This document shows, one piece after another, positions 12,501 to 27,500 of a DNA stretch of 64,000 nucleotides. Under the pieces are notes generated by a model. It saw only the letters and a program-made list of their open reading frames with translations, ran no database searches and had not been told where the DNA came from. Within the stretch, counting starts at the first letter, position 1. The number at the start of each line of letters is the position of its first letter. The position numbers and the translations under genes are program-made. Source of the stretch: Styela clava (Eukaryota); NCBI RefSeq assembly GCF_964204865.1, contig NC_135253.1, positions 20,212,001 through 20,276,000 of the forward strand, given 5' to 3'.

Positions 12501-15500
12501 GTTAAATATGTGAATTCCATCCTATCCTATTTCGAATGTGTGAGAAGTTGGCAAATGCTTGTTTTATGATTGTAAGTCTTCTAGGGAACTCTCGCAATTA
12601 GGAAAAGGGAATGATTTGTACCTAACAGCTGGACAGTCATACAAATATCTTTTGGATATTGTCAGGGATTGCCAAAAGCTCAAAACTGAATAACTTAGTA
12701 CTCTGAATACATTCTAAAATAATCTTTTCGATAATGAAAAATCGAATATATTCGGAGATAGGGGTGTTCCACAAAAAAAATTCTTTAAGGCAATTATGAA
12801 TTAATTAATAAATTCGTAGAAATCAAATTTAGTCAGGTAGATAATTATATTTTTTTGTCGAAAGTTACTAATTTTTGTCTATCACAAGGTAACAAATGCT
12901 TTTAGGATATTTTCAAATTAAAATTTTTAGAAATCAGGAATATCCTTGGATATTGTGTATTATCTAACAGTAGCAGTATTGTATGCATGAGGTAAAATTT
13001 TGAAAGTTTTTGTTTTTGACTTTTTATCAGAGCTTGGGCATCCCCAATTAGGTACTATACTATATTTTGTATAATTTAAATGAAAGGAGAACAAAATATC
13101 ATAATCTGTGTGTATCTGTTACCTGAACCAGACTGGAAATATTTTTGTGCAGCCATCCGTTAAAAATGATATTTTTTCTTCAGCAAGTGTGTCTTGTCCT
13201 CGAGTTAGTTTCGTATCTGCTGTGTATTTTGCTGCCCCACTGCTGGAACCGTACAGTCCAAAACCTAAAAAGAGTAAAGTTAAATTATGTTGGCTAGCTT
13301 TGTGACTGTTTTTCTGACAATGCCAGCTTGAAGCCGCCCCAATATATATTGCTATTTCACAATTATAAACCGTTATGCTTTAGCGTTTCAATAGTTGCTT
13401 GTAGTTTTAAGTGAGAGCTTAGAATCCTTGATTGTAATATAGGCTTGAAATGTTATTGTCTTTGTTTTATCTATAACACACTCCCGAATTCATCTGGCCC
13501 TGTGCAGTATCGGTGAAATCAATATTGAGTGATATGTCCGTAGCCAAACTAGGAAGCTGGTTTGAAATCAGTTGTTCCGGCTTAGGAGCTTCATTTTTTT
13601 ACCTAACAGAGATAGATTCTATGATTTAAAAAAAAATTGAATAGTAGGAGGCTAGGAGCTGTAGCCACTATGGCTCCCCAGTCCTAATTAGTGGATTAGA
13701 TATTTTTACTAGACACACTTAGAGTTGAATATTTTGTATTTTTTATACCTTGTTTATCTGCTTGGCAGATTCTTACTGTAACCTCACATACCTGCTAGAA
13801 ATATCCTTTTCTCAGCCATGAATTGTATTGAATCACATCTTCCTCTGTATCTCCATTGATTGCTTCGATAAGCACATGAGAGAAACCGGCGACATACTTG
13901 TGGAGTGAGACCACTGTTTGTAAATGTATAGATAGCGCATGAATTACTAGAGATTCTATAATCTATACTATATATTTACATAACTAGACAAGTTACCACT
14001 GATAGGTAGAAAACTGAACACTCTTGGAGGGACTAGAACAGTGATTCCTAAAGTTGATTGACCTGGGACCAAAATTAGAAAAGAATGTTTGCGGGTCGAG
14101 AGGGGTAGCGTTACGTATAACACTTGCTTGAAAACTGTAATAATTATGTAACAATTGGCGGTGGTATCTAGAAAGCAGACAAGGTAAAAACATAAAGTGG
14201 TAAACTATTTTACTTAGACTCGGCGGGCCATATAAATTCGTTAGGCGGGCCGTAATTAGCCCGCAAGTCGCTGTTTGGGAACCACTAGACTAGAATCTCC
14301 CTAGCTCGCCACTATGTATGTATGTATGTTTATTTGCCTCAAAAATGTAACAGTATCTGCATAATAATTGAACAGTAAAACAGAGACAGGATACATGTTC
14401 AAGAATCAAGACCTTACTGGCCTAAGACACAGATGTGCGACATGCACCCCTAACAATAATACAAGCAGTTTAGGACTGCTCCGTTATACTAGGACAACAG
14501 ACATGAAATTGACTATACAAATAAAACTCTAGTAAAATACACAAAGGGGACGGCACAACGGTGATATGTACAATAGTCAGTTTATGGCACGTCCATATCC
14601 CAGGTTCCGGTGTGAAAAGATGGAGATAGGGTATGGGGTGTAAATACACTAAGTCTCACGAAACACGTAAAGATTTGTTCGGGATATAAACTTGCCAGAA
14701 ACCAACGTTGGATGGGGCCACACCACGACACTACTCATTTTATTGCACAATGAGGTTAAAAAGTTTGGTTTCCAGGGATTTCCGGGATCTTGCTTGCTAT
14801 ATCTCACCAATCCTTGTGAAAAGCCATTTGATATTTTGTTGTTCAGTATATTTGTTAGAGAAACCGCTTCAGATTTTCTCTAGTCATAACTTTTATGGTA
14901 CCGGTATCAAGTTGAGATAAGACAAGGATTTTGTACTTTGACAATATTATGTATGTATCCCTACCTTCTAGCACTAGTTGGAAACTCCAATTTAGGTTTT
15001 CTTGATGATGCAAACCAAAAAAATATGTCAATAATCTCTTGTTGTGTAAGTAGGCCAGATCTTGCTGGACCATCTGCAAATTCCTGTGTGAAATAGGAAT
15101 TGTGGGTTTTTGAGGCGGGCTTAGTATCCATATTTATCAATTTAAGTTTCCTGGAAAAGGATGAAGTTAAGAGCTTATAGTAATGAAAGACCAGAATCTT
15201 GTGTTCTATAGGCTATATAATATAAATAAAGATTGAAAATCTTGAGTTTTTTTGCATATAGCTTACATGTACAACGGTATACCGGTAATGAATTGGTTCT
15301 TAGACCTTTTTCGATAAATTTCTCAATTTGCTTAAAAACCCTTGTTTCCCTTTATTCGTTCAATCTTTAATTGGTGGTAAGTGCTAGTGGTGCTGGTGCA
15401 CACATGTCTTACTTTGGCTTTTGTGCTTTTTAAATATGTTTATAATGTATGGATAAATGTATTACAATAATACTCAATAGGTGGGGCTCCCGAAGTATGC

Positions 15501-18500
15501 GACCCAAGATGGCGGACATCGGAATGTAATATGTGTACTAGGTTAGGGTTAGGCCATAATTTTAGCTATAAATACTACGGGAGGCTCTTGGCTAGTCTTC
15601 GAACTGATAATAGGACTAAAATAAGGAAAATTGGAAAAAAATTATCGCCTAACCCTAACCTATTACCCATGTTACGTTCTGATGTCCGCCATCTTGGTTC
15701 GCATACTTCGGAAGCACCCAATTAGTAAACATGTCATGGGGACTCATAGCATAGGATACTCATTTGCTATATTTGTGCCTAACTTAGCATAATCGCTGAT
15801 GCATCAGCATATGCGCTGATTTGCTCGTTGTAAGGGGACTTACAATATATAATTTACCAATATTCACCACTAAAATTAGAAACAATCCTCTACTAACTTG
15901 TAATGTCATGGCTGGCAGTCTTAAAAGATTTAAAGCATTTCCAAGGGCATTCCTTCTGTTCTCTAAAGTAGTTTCTAGATCACTTCGTTTGCATTCCGCT
16001 TCTGACCATCGTAAAATTGCATCAAATATGACGGTTTCTTTGACATTAAGAGTCTCTCTTTCAAGTATAGAGTTCAAAGTTCGTAGGTCAATTTCAGTGA
16101 ATACTTCCGATTGAAGAGCAAGTTCTGCTTGAGCATCTATCACCTGGAATTATTTTGCATAATAAAAGTTAATATATTGATTTGAAACATTCAAGCCCTG
16201 AACCTATAAAGGGTATTGTATCTCTACTCCTTCTCTCTCATGAAATTTCTCTTGTGCGCTATTCTTTCACCCTAGTAATACGCATTTCACCCAAGTCCAG
16301 ATCGACGTTTCATTTACAGCAAATTTTATGCCTCATGTGTGTTAATATAATGCCAGAAAAATACTGAACAGTTATTGCAAAATCTTTTGGATGCTCATTG
16401 AATTATTTGTATATTTAAATATTCTTCCCTCTGAACAAGGCTTTACACAAGAACCCAGAATTTTCAACGTTACCTCCCAGCATCTTTGGGTCAATTCTTT
16501 TTCCTCAAACAGCCAACTTTGAGACAGTAGAATACAAGCATTCTTTGCACTGAGACTTGTCTCTAAGAATCTAACACAGGCTCTTGCAAGATATGGTATA
16601 ATGTATTTTTTCGCTGCGTACAATGTAGCAAGGACTGTGTCTGCTTCTAAGGAGATTTTGTCGCAGTATAGGTACCTGAAATTATGTACTCTGTTTAGGT
16701 ACAAAGATATTTACTCTAACTTGTTTTACTAGACTACTAGATAATCAAGTTTATGGACTCTGATATCTCGAATTTCCACGTTTCGTGAAAGTATTTTTTT
16801 ATTATGAAATTTACTTGTGTTAGTGTGCAGTGAGATTTTCGAATTTGAAATACGGTGATCAAAATCTTACAAACCAAAAGTTTGAAGGCATTTGGATCTA
16901 AAAATCCAGTCAGTTTAGGATAGTTAACTTTCTTTTCTTAAGCAACAAATTACAAACTTCCTAAGTAAAATCTCACACTTACTTGAGAAGTATTCTGAAA
17001 GCTACTGGTTCAACATCAGGGATTTCTATTTCATTCTTATTTTCAGCCATATCTCCGTATAACATTGCAAAGAATACTGAACTTCCAGTAGCTAGAATGT
17101 ATTTGTGTGCTGGAATTCGAAGTGCTGAACCTAGCAAGAATAATATAATGAGCTTGGTCGGCAAAATAAAAGAGCATGTAGCTGGGTTAGGTGCATTAGT
17201 TTTATTAGGTGCAGTAGTTTTATTGGTTATTGAGCCATCTTCTCCACTTCAATCTGCATTTTTTTCTGCCGGCTCTTATCAGCACAGGCATCCATTAGTA
17301 TGTAACTTGTAAGTAACAACTTTATTTTGGATGGTTCATTATTGCCTACCCAATTCACTATTCACTGGGTGGGGTGGCAGACCCCAGATTTTTATTTCAA
17401 TTTTCTATTCACCTTTGCATATGTGATTGCTTGTCAAAAACCTTGTTTAGAGCAAAATGAGACAAAAAACTCGAGTGCTTACCTTTTGGGCCTACAACGA
17501 AGCTTACATCACTCATTAATTCATTGTTAAACATGACAGAGTTTCGTTCACAAACTGTTGTCTTGGTAGCTTGCCAGCTATTATCATTCTCTATAGTTGA
17601 GTTCACAGAATCCTCAGTCTCTTCCTGTCTGAATGATCTGGATGGCGACCTGTACAATGTTTTTTTTTCGAATTGAATTCTATAAAAATTTTGATATGCT
17701 CTCTTGTCGGCGCTGCAGGAGTGTGTGTACCAATATGTTTGTACTAATTTTGTTCACCTACTTTACATCAAGTTGTGTAAATGGCCTGAAACCAATTGGC
17801 AGGGGGTATATTCACTTGGCTAACACAGACAGTTCCCGAACTCGTAATAGAACTAAAATAAGGAAAATCTGAATAAAATTTTTATATGTTCTAAGCCTAA
17901 ACTGGTACACACACAATGGGAGTATCCTCTTCAAGATTATACTTAGTTTACTTGGATACCAATTTGTTGCATGTAACGTACTCAAACATTTTGGTAATCA
18001 GCATTGTGGAACAGGAGTTTGAAAGCATAGGCTATATACTGTCTCGTTTGATATATTTAGGTCTCTATACCTAATTACAGTGACAGCGAGGGAAGCCAAA
18101 ATAACCAGAATATTCAAACACACATCATATTGTCTATTCGTAATATTGTAAACTCTTGATTGTAGAAAAAGCTTAGAATATTTCCATTTTAAAATTCAAG
18201 CCTTCAATATCTGATGCTCAATGCACGAAATAAACGTCACACAGCATAAAAAAAACAAAAATCAATTAGAACAAAGTTTATCTCAAATTTTTGCAAATTC
18301 ATCTTTTGCACATGACTCAATATAGAATACATCTCCAAATTTGAGAAAATCCTTTGCAGATTATATACGAAACAGTGAATAAAAACAATGGCTTTACCTT
18401 CTCATATCTAGAGTTATCTGACTGATGGGTGAGAGTAGTTCCTCAGCTGTTAAAATAGGCCTGTTGTCATCAGCACGATTTTCTTGCTGTTCATCCATAT

Positions 18501-21500
18501 TAGCTTATTGCGAGTTTTACTATTTCATATTGTATATTTAGAGTTGCATATAATAGTGTGTTATGGAGCTCTTAAGAACAAAATAAGATAAAATTAGAAT
18601 GAGGTACAAATCATAAATCGGATTTCAAGAAATATGGATTTGTATTGTAAATCCTGTGGCCGTCTTTTTTTCTGCGTAATTCAAAGCAGTAAGCACATCA
18701 CTATTGCTGAAGGTTTGTTTACGAAGTAATTGACAGGAATAAGAGCAGCTATTATGCTTTACTAGAAACAGAATCTTTCATGTCGCCTGGCATTTCAGTG
18801 TTCGCCCATGACTTACTCTAATCTTCCACGGCAATTTATGATTATACAGATTAAAAGAAGGTAACTATGTAGGAAATAATTTGTACCAAGAAATTACAGT
18901 TATGTTTGTGCAATCTTCTACCAACTGACTGCAAGTTGTAACATGACGAGAAACTTTGAATGTGAAAATAATATAGGTCATTCCACCCCTTCAAAAATTG
19001 GTATCTTTGGTCTACTAATCTAATTTAGTGCATGTCACATAGGAACTTGCCCATCATGACGAGTATACAAGATAGATCATGCTTTAATTGTACATAACAG
19101 TGAAGATGACTATTATGTTCTTGAGGTCACACAGTAGTTTTATGCAATCATGGCTGAATTGGTATTAGCAATTTATCATTAGCTTTAACATACTCCTCGA
19201 TGCCAACTGATCTTTATCAAATGCCTGAAATTCTGAGAAATTTGATTTTTATTGTGTAATCAAGTATCATCTGTTAGTTGTGTATTTAATTTTCTTGCAT
19301 GGTTTCTCGCAAGCCTTCTCAGCCATCCTTTCCAATAAAATTCCAAGGCAAATTCATTCAAGTAATGAACAGTAGCTGGTGATCCATCACGATAACCCTG
19401 TACAATAATTGCATTAGCTACTTGCTCTGAAGAGTCCTTTGAAATATTAAAAGCACCCACATATGCAGCAACTTGATATGGAGCATCATATAAATCTTTT
19501 AAATTGTCTTTTTTTTTCGTAGCTAATTTCCAATCCACAATGCAAAGTTTGTTTTTATATTTTATGGCGCAGTCTAGTCTACCATGGTAAAATAGCATTG
19601 GATGATTTACATCAGCTTCGACGCAATGGACATCGTCTGGTGATATTTCTCGAAGAACTGGTTTCATGCTTTCCCAATGAGCTGATCCGTCGCCTTTAAT
19701 TGTGATTACTTTATTTAAATAATCTTGAATTAATTTATGTAAGTGATGTCCCTCGCTTAGGATATTTTTTGAGTATTCTAAGAATCCTTGTTCACCTAGT
19801 TCCTCGATTTTTTTCTTCTTCCATCGATTCAGTATCGCTTCTTTTATTGGATGTATAGTATTTTTCAAAATAATGCTCACACTCTGAATTTTATCGTGAG
19901 AAAACACATCAGAAAGAACGGCATATTTATCTTTATCCTTTTTTGACATTTCCTCCCAATCATCTATGAAAAGAGGGCTATCCATAATGGTTTCCATTAA
20001 TGGAAGGCATTTTTCAGTCTCTGTTAACATCTCCATCTCTTCTTGAGTCCAATTTTTCAAATTTTTGCCCCCAAAAAAGGTAGTTTTATTATATGTATCT
20101 TCCTTAGGACAAAGCATATTTTGGGTATTGCTAATGTTTAGCCTTTGATTCATAAACACCATACAACCAAATTTTGTCGTCTGACATTTCGAAAAAAGTT
20201 TGAATGTGCAAGACATTGAGAAGAAATCCTTATAAACAGTTAGAAGTCTAGTTAAAGCTAATCTGAAAATGATGATAATCAATCATTTCATTTCGGTTCT
20301 CTGATATAAACAACACAAAGCAAACAGACGAACAAAACACAGAGATACGTGGGAGGAGAGCCTTAAAAAAAGTGTACAATTAAGGTACGTGCCTTCCCAT
20401 CAAAAAAATGAGAAAGCAAGCACACTGTGGGTTATTTAAATTTTGACAATTTGAAACCCTGCAACAGAGGAATTAATGGAGCATGACTGGCCAGTAACTT
20501 ATGATCTCACCAATGTAGGCCTTGTTTACTGTAAAGACTACCTGTCCTCCCAAAATATAGTTACTCCCTGCCTGGATATGCTGCTGCTTGCACAGAGCCT
20601 TGCTCAAAGTGAGGAGCATAGTGAATCATATATATAAATATAATTTTAAACAAGCAAGACCATCAGAAGGCAAGGAAATTTGATAAGTGCAAGTTCATAG
20701 TATGTGCATATGTAATAGCCAGAAACTCAAGGCGATTAAATCTGAACGATTTATAAATTCAATTAAGAGAATTTGGGTACCAAATAAGTAAAATGCCAAT
20801 TTTATTCTGGTCACTCTGAACGAAACAAAACAACAACAAACGGACAAACAAGATACAGAGGACCTGGAGGACTGGCATAACTTACGAGCCCGTCCACCAA
20901 AAACAGTCAAATGAACACAATAAAATAAAGACACAATGTAAAATTGGGCAATACTTTTTTCATAACAGTATGCTCAAGTATTTATTACAATAACATGCAC
21001 ATATTGCGGCAATATCCGCTACCTATATATTGCTATATTCGCAAATGTAATACCATCCTTCACTAACTACAGCACCCTACTCTACTACGGAAAGTATAAC
21101 TACACCGAAAGCCGATATAATAAACGTCTTGTGCGTGGAACTACGGTAGAAAATCATGTAATTAATGCTTCGCTTGCCAACCTAAACACCGGAACAATAA
21201 AGACATATATAGCCCAGAGCGTTCTCGAGTTCCAACAAGTATGGACAATCAATAAATAGCGCTTATAAAACACATTGTATCGATGGCCAACGGAAGACAT
21301 TTTTTATAAATAGCGATCGCCTGGCGCGTCTGGAACTTGATCCATGTCGCTCGCGAGCCACGGTGAACGGTTGACTAAATGTCATGATAAAAAGCAGGGT
21401 TCGAAATGAAGCTTTTGTTTATATATATCGAGTTTCTTACCGTACCGGTTTTGAAGCAAATATGTCGTCATATTATAACCAAGTTGCCAAAAATTCAACA

Positions 21501-24500
21501 TAAACACAATATGAATTGGCCATGATACCTATTATGTGAAATAATTACAGTAACATTGTATCCATCAAACTTTTACCACTGCTTGTATGTCCCATTTAAT
21601 TAAAGATGACCAATAAAAATTAATCTCAAAATGTATTTTTAATGATTTCCATTTCACACAAAGAGGGGTTTCAGGCATTCACTTATAATTGTGCAGAATT
21701 GCATTCATTAATCCCTCCCTGTTGCCATAACGACCTGCAAAATGCAGGTGAAACCTAATTTTAATTAGGAAAGTGCAAGATAATAATCAATTACTGAGAT
21801 ATTGACTTTCATTGATGATTAATAGCAACCGACTAAGATAAGTATGAGTATGAGTTTATTTCGACTCCATAATCAGCATAACAATACATTTGACAGATAA
21901 AAACAAATAAATAAAAACTGATTATGAAATCAGGGGAGCAAACGAAATCTTAGATATAAGATGCATTCTGTATAGTCCAGTTCACATCATAATAAACCTA
22001 TTCGCCAAATGAATTTTACTGGATATTTGGACTTCAAAATTTAAATCTAGTGATTCATTTTTTTGCATGGCAATGCTGACAGCTTTAAATTTCCCTGGTT
22101 GTCTCTAATTATTTCAATATAAAGGGCTGAATGAATGGAGAAGATCGTGCCAAACCTTAGAAATAAATATGAATATTACCTTGGTGACAATGTGGTTACT
22201 GGTTATCACATTGAAACTAATTTGTATGTTGATTTCAGAGAATTAGAGATCATATGTTTAAACCTCTGGCATGAACCAGAAAGATCTTGGACCTGCATTG
22301 GGAAATTTCCTCTTTGCCTCAAAGCAGGCCAAATGTTATTACAATTAATTACACAATGTTTGTCGTTTGACTACCAAAGCCTAGCTCATCGATAATAAAA
22401 TGTTAAAACTCAAAATATTTAATTAGATACTTGAACCATGGGTGTTGATGCTTGATAACCAGCTTTGGTTCCCTGTGGCTTTCCTTCCCCAGTGAATTAT
22501 GTATTCAACATTATTTGTTTGACCTTGCATGTTATTTTTTTACTGGATGGAAAAAATAAACTTGACTGACTATGCAAAAATATAATAACATCCTACATAT
22601 TAGTTGATTCATGTTTTGAAACATATATTGTACTAATGAACTGAGGTAATCAGGACTAAGCTGATTCCAAAAATAACGGTAACCATTAATTCTTGCTGGG
22701 CTTATATTTGTTATTTGTATAATATTACTTGACAATGTCAATTTAATAAGACTTTAAATTATCAAGACAGTGGATTTATAAAAAAAAAGGCTTGCATCCA
22801 TAATGCATTGACAACAAATTAACGATTTCAATTCAAACATTCCTTTATTTGTAACAATAAAGGTTAGGATGAAACATTTTAACGCTTTCAATCGTATCGC
22901 CGATCTGATCCAATACCTTTTTCATTGTTAATGGGTTAATCTTCTAATATGGCGGCAATTAAAAATTTGTGAAACAAGACCCTCATCCATTGTTTTCAAA
23001 TCTCTTCATTTGAAGCGTCTTGAGTGCTTTTATCAACAAAGCTTTTGTATTGTTGTGAACTAACGTGCTTCTCATCAATGAGAATATAGTTTGTGTGTAA
23101 ATATTAGTTTTTGTGGTAAAAATATAGGATAGAAATGAAAGGTGGCTATTTTAGAATATTTATTTTTAAATTTTTGTATTATATAAACACTGATATAACA
23201 ATATGCTTCCATATTTCAAATTGTATAGAAATCTTAGAAGTATTTACCAAACAACTTTTAAAATACATGATATGGGAGTTTTATTTTAGTTGGAAGACTT
23301 TAAATATACTTTCTGTTCCCTTGATGAAATGAGATTATGACAGGGGTCATGTGATTAGTTATCTTTGCTATCTAGATTATTCTTTGATATATTATGAAAA
23401 AAGACTTTTTTTTTATACTTTCATGAAATATTTAGGTTAAAATTATGTTACTTGTACCTTGAAAAGCCCATTAATGATATGGAGGTTTTATTTTAGCTGA
23501 GAGAGTTTTTGGTTTCAGAGCAAAGTAGCATTTGGTACCAACGTATAGTTACCGGTAGTTATCTCAGCCATTAGTTTATGCTTAAGTAGATAGTATAAAA
23601 CAACCTCACTCCTTTGCACTAGGAACATACTTGGATGAAATATTTGTTAATTTTTCATTGGAAACCCGATGGTTCTAAGTTACACCAAATTCAAAGGTAG
23701 TAAATGAATACTGGTTTTGTTTTTTTGAAAACTACCGACTACCAAAATTTGGTTTGTCTTTCTTGTTTTCCTGTACGTGATCATTGACAATGCCATAAGG
23801 GTACTTGAATATCCTTGAGAAGGTCTGCTGTACTAACCACTATTATATTATTGACAATGGGCTGGGTTGTATTGCTATGGTAAATACCTACCCAGACAAA
23901 TTGAAGTTCAAGGGCTTAGGATTGAGGGTTTATTTACAGTGTACAGAGAAATAGTAAGCCAATTGTCTTGTTGACTTTTGTTGATGGATTTGGATTTGTT
24001 GCTTTATATTGCTGCAATGGATTATGATGTTCTGCTCTGAGGGTTGTCTGTATAAACCCTGTGAAACTATGATAGTGAAACTAGCTTATAAAGCTTTTAA
24101 ACATAGATCCTGATGGAAGGGGGAAGGTTTTCAGAATATGAAGGATGATTCAGTATATTTTAGTACTATACATATGGAAGCCTTTTTAAATTTTCCAGAT
24201 AGTTATCGATAGTATTATACCTATATACCCCAGACTACCAGAGGGTATGTTTGTTTTTATACAATTCTTTGGTTATTTTTGAAAACCCATTTTGTCTATT
24301 AGATTGCTTGCACATTATACATATAAATTAGTAGGCTTTTTTTTTAGATAGTATCAGAATTATTTTTTCGCCTTCCAAACAATAACAGATCTGGCGCTCT
24401 AGAAGTATGTGTACCAATATGGAGATAACTAATTTTGTTCGCCTACTTTACATCAAGTTGTGTAAAGGGACTGAAACCTATGGGCAGGGGGTATATTCAC

Positions 24501-27500
24501 TTGGCTAACATAGACAGTCCCCGACTCGTAATGACTAACTAAATTGGGGTAAATCGGAATAAAATTATGGCGTAATCTAACCTGGTACACATACTACAGG
24601 AGTACTGTTAATCCTCAACATATCGTGAGATATCACTGACTGCTTCATATTGCCTTGTTTGGTGCAAATGGCATGAATAAACTAAGTACATTGATCAGTT
24701 TACCAGGTATTGACTTCTGCCTATTAAAATCCTTCCATTGCCAACAATCATATCAATCTTGCAGATTAATTCAATCTTTGTTGACCATTAATATTTTACC
24801 TTTATGATCTATTATCAACATCTGTCCTAAACAATAACCAGCGTCACTCAATGCCATACATTGAATTAAATCCCCAACATTACTGTAATAACATGATATA
24901 TTGTTCAAATCTTCTATGTAAATATCAATAGAACAGGTGATTGGTGTAGACGTAACGAAAATATACAGGATGTACATAAAGTCCCTTTAAAATTTCAATT
25001 TTGTTATGAAGTCAGTTTTCAATATATATTATCCGGGTTTGTCGGGTTAATCAGTATTTGTTTAAGTATTTGTACTTCATTTAATACATTTGTGAGAGCC
25101 AAAACAATATACAGTATCGATAAATTCCATCTGCAATTTTAAAAAATTTCAAGACTTTATGGACACCCTAATGTTAGACAGTACTAGAGTTAATACTAAA
25201 GTTCATAATAACTTTAGGAATATTTTGTTCTAGTAATATGTTTCTAAACTGCTTTACTACTTCCAAGTAACTCCTCACATATCATTAGATATCAGAGGCT
25301 TGCTGTACAGGGCCTTGTTCATTGCAAAATATGTGATATTGCAAATTGCAAGAATTAAAACTGCTTTATTTATATTTAGGTAATATTGGATTTCTCAGAA
25401 ATTGAGATTGTTATTGGTCAGAAAAATGTTACAAGCTTTTAATCCACCAAGTTTATTATTACTTTGCGAATGTTATTAAGACATCAGACTTAGTGCAGTA
25501 TAATAATATCTGTGAACTAAATTTAAGAATAAGTTTTTCTATCCTACATATACTTTGAAGACTAGAATAATATCAAACCATAACCTATCAGAGGTCATCT
25601 TATAAAAAGTATACAGAACAGGTTACTGCATTTACACTTGGCTGTGTTATACTCTTTATGCCTGCTATCTGAATACTACGCCCTGACTGGCAGCCTTTTA
25701 AAATTTAAACATCATTTATTGATGGCACTATTGTATACCTTAGTTTCATTATATCTACTTCATATCTCAGCCATAGTGTGAGAATCTTAAAAGAGTTGAG
25801 TTGTTTTCAATATACATACTTTTTATGTTTCTGAATAGCCTTCTATTTTATGGAAAGTTTGAAAATAAACAGTGAGGATTGAATAAAAAATGGAGATAAA
25901 ACATCGCGACGGAGCTCACGAAATGTATCACAGAATAATACAGCCTGAGTATGAAAGGATGGTCATACAGCATGTATTTAAGAATAAGATTAATTTAAAG
26001 TCAGGAGCAACCAGTCAACTTCTACAGAAAAGACCAAAAACAACAGGTAAGATTCTTGTTTGATAATTTTTCCAATATATTCTATTTCGTGGGTTTGATC
26101 ATACAACGTGAAGACTGTCTCAAAAAAAACCTAATGTTTCACTTTACCTATGAGGTTCTGAAAATTGCTTCTCTTTTATAACAGACTTTGTTAATACTGC
26201 AAGTTTCGTCAAACTGTGTATATTTGATTCAATATTAAACTTTTGTTTGCAAAGTGCATTTCAACTAATTTCTCATTCAGATACATAACTAGTCATTTTA
26301 ATTTGTATGAGCTGATGGCTTACGGTATAGGAAGTATGTTGCTTTGTAAATTATAGATTCCTTAGCTGCTTATTTTTCTGAACCATATAATCTATGAGAC
26401 GATTTCACTCTCTTTTGACCATTAAAACTGTTGCTTATTAACCTTTCTATCATTTGGGGTTACGCAAGACTAACTACCTTTCCTTGCTCTATGCCTTTGT
26501 GCAATTGGATCTTCATGCGTGTAATGCAAGAATGCTCTTGCAAGAATAAAGATGACTATACCATTTGATTCAAGAGTCTTGCAGCACACTAACACAAATG
26601 TATTTCTGTTACTTTTCGTCCTGAAGCCTGTGTCAGTTTGCACCTTTGATGACAATGAACAATTCTTCAATATTAAATTGTGTTTGAAATTTCATATTTC
26701 AGGGTATCTCAGTCGGAAACGACATTTCACGGAAGTCCGCAGGCTTGCAACTCCACATTCAACCAGTTATTGGAAACCTGGAACTTTTGATCAATGGAAA
26801 TGGAACTCTAAAGCTGGTTCTACGGTTCTCAGTGTCAAAATGATGCAGGTTAGTATTACAGTAGTATTTTACTTTACAGTAGATTTGGTACCCCCGTAGT
26901 GTGTGTACCAGGTTAGGGTCAGGCCATAATTTTCTTCCGATTTTCCTTATTTTAGTTCTATTATGAGTTCGGGGACTGTCTGTGTTAGCCAAGTGAATAT
27001 ACCCCATGATCATAGGCTTCAGCCCCTTTACATAACTCTATGTAAAGTAGGCAAACGAAATTAGTTACCTCCATATTGGTACACACACTTCTGGAGCGCC
27101 GAAGATTTACTGTTAAACCTGCAGGGCTGATTATATGTGAGACAAAATCATCTTTCGGGACTTTATATTTAGATAAGAATGACAATAAAGGGTTTGCTAT
27201 TTGCGATATTAATGAACAATTTTTTTAGTCATTCATCTTCTCCACGATAAATTCTTACCTGGCCCTTTGTATATAGATATCTGATTACTGTTCATTTAAG
27301 AATATTTATTACCAGTATACATAAATTATAAGCACAAACCAAGGTCTCTAATTACGAGTGGCAGCTGTTGCATTTCTAATCTAGATACCGAAGTAAAATT
27401 GGAAACAGAATTTTCTCAATTCCTAGAAATAATTTTTAAACTTATTGTGAGTTGTGTGAAACAAAACTATATTACAACCTATGACAGAAAATATGTTTTA

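Noticed and set aside
13470-13602. Coding-looking stretch in a BTBD intron ([17 protein letters not shown]...) as an extra exon
   Set aside because: All three frames from the nearest acceptor hit stops, and the PHR domain is complete without it.
15540-15660. TTAGGG motifs as an interstitial telomere or fusion site
   Set aside because: Only about two units at a time, always at fixed positions inside MITEs.
19260-20282. PD-(D/E)XK ORF as a phage or Cas4-like nuclease
   Set aside because: Motifs along its length match eukaryotic MGME1.
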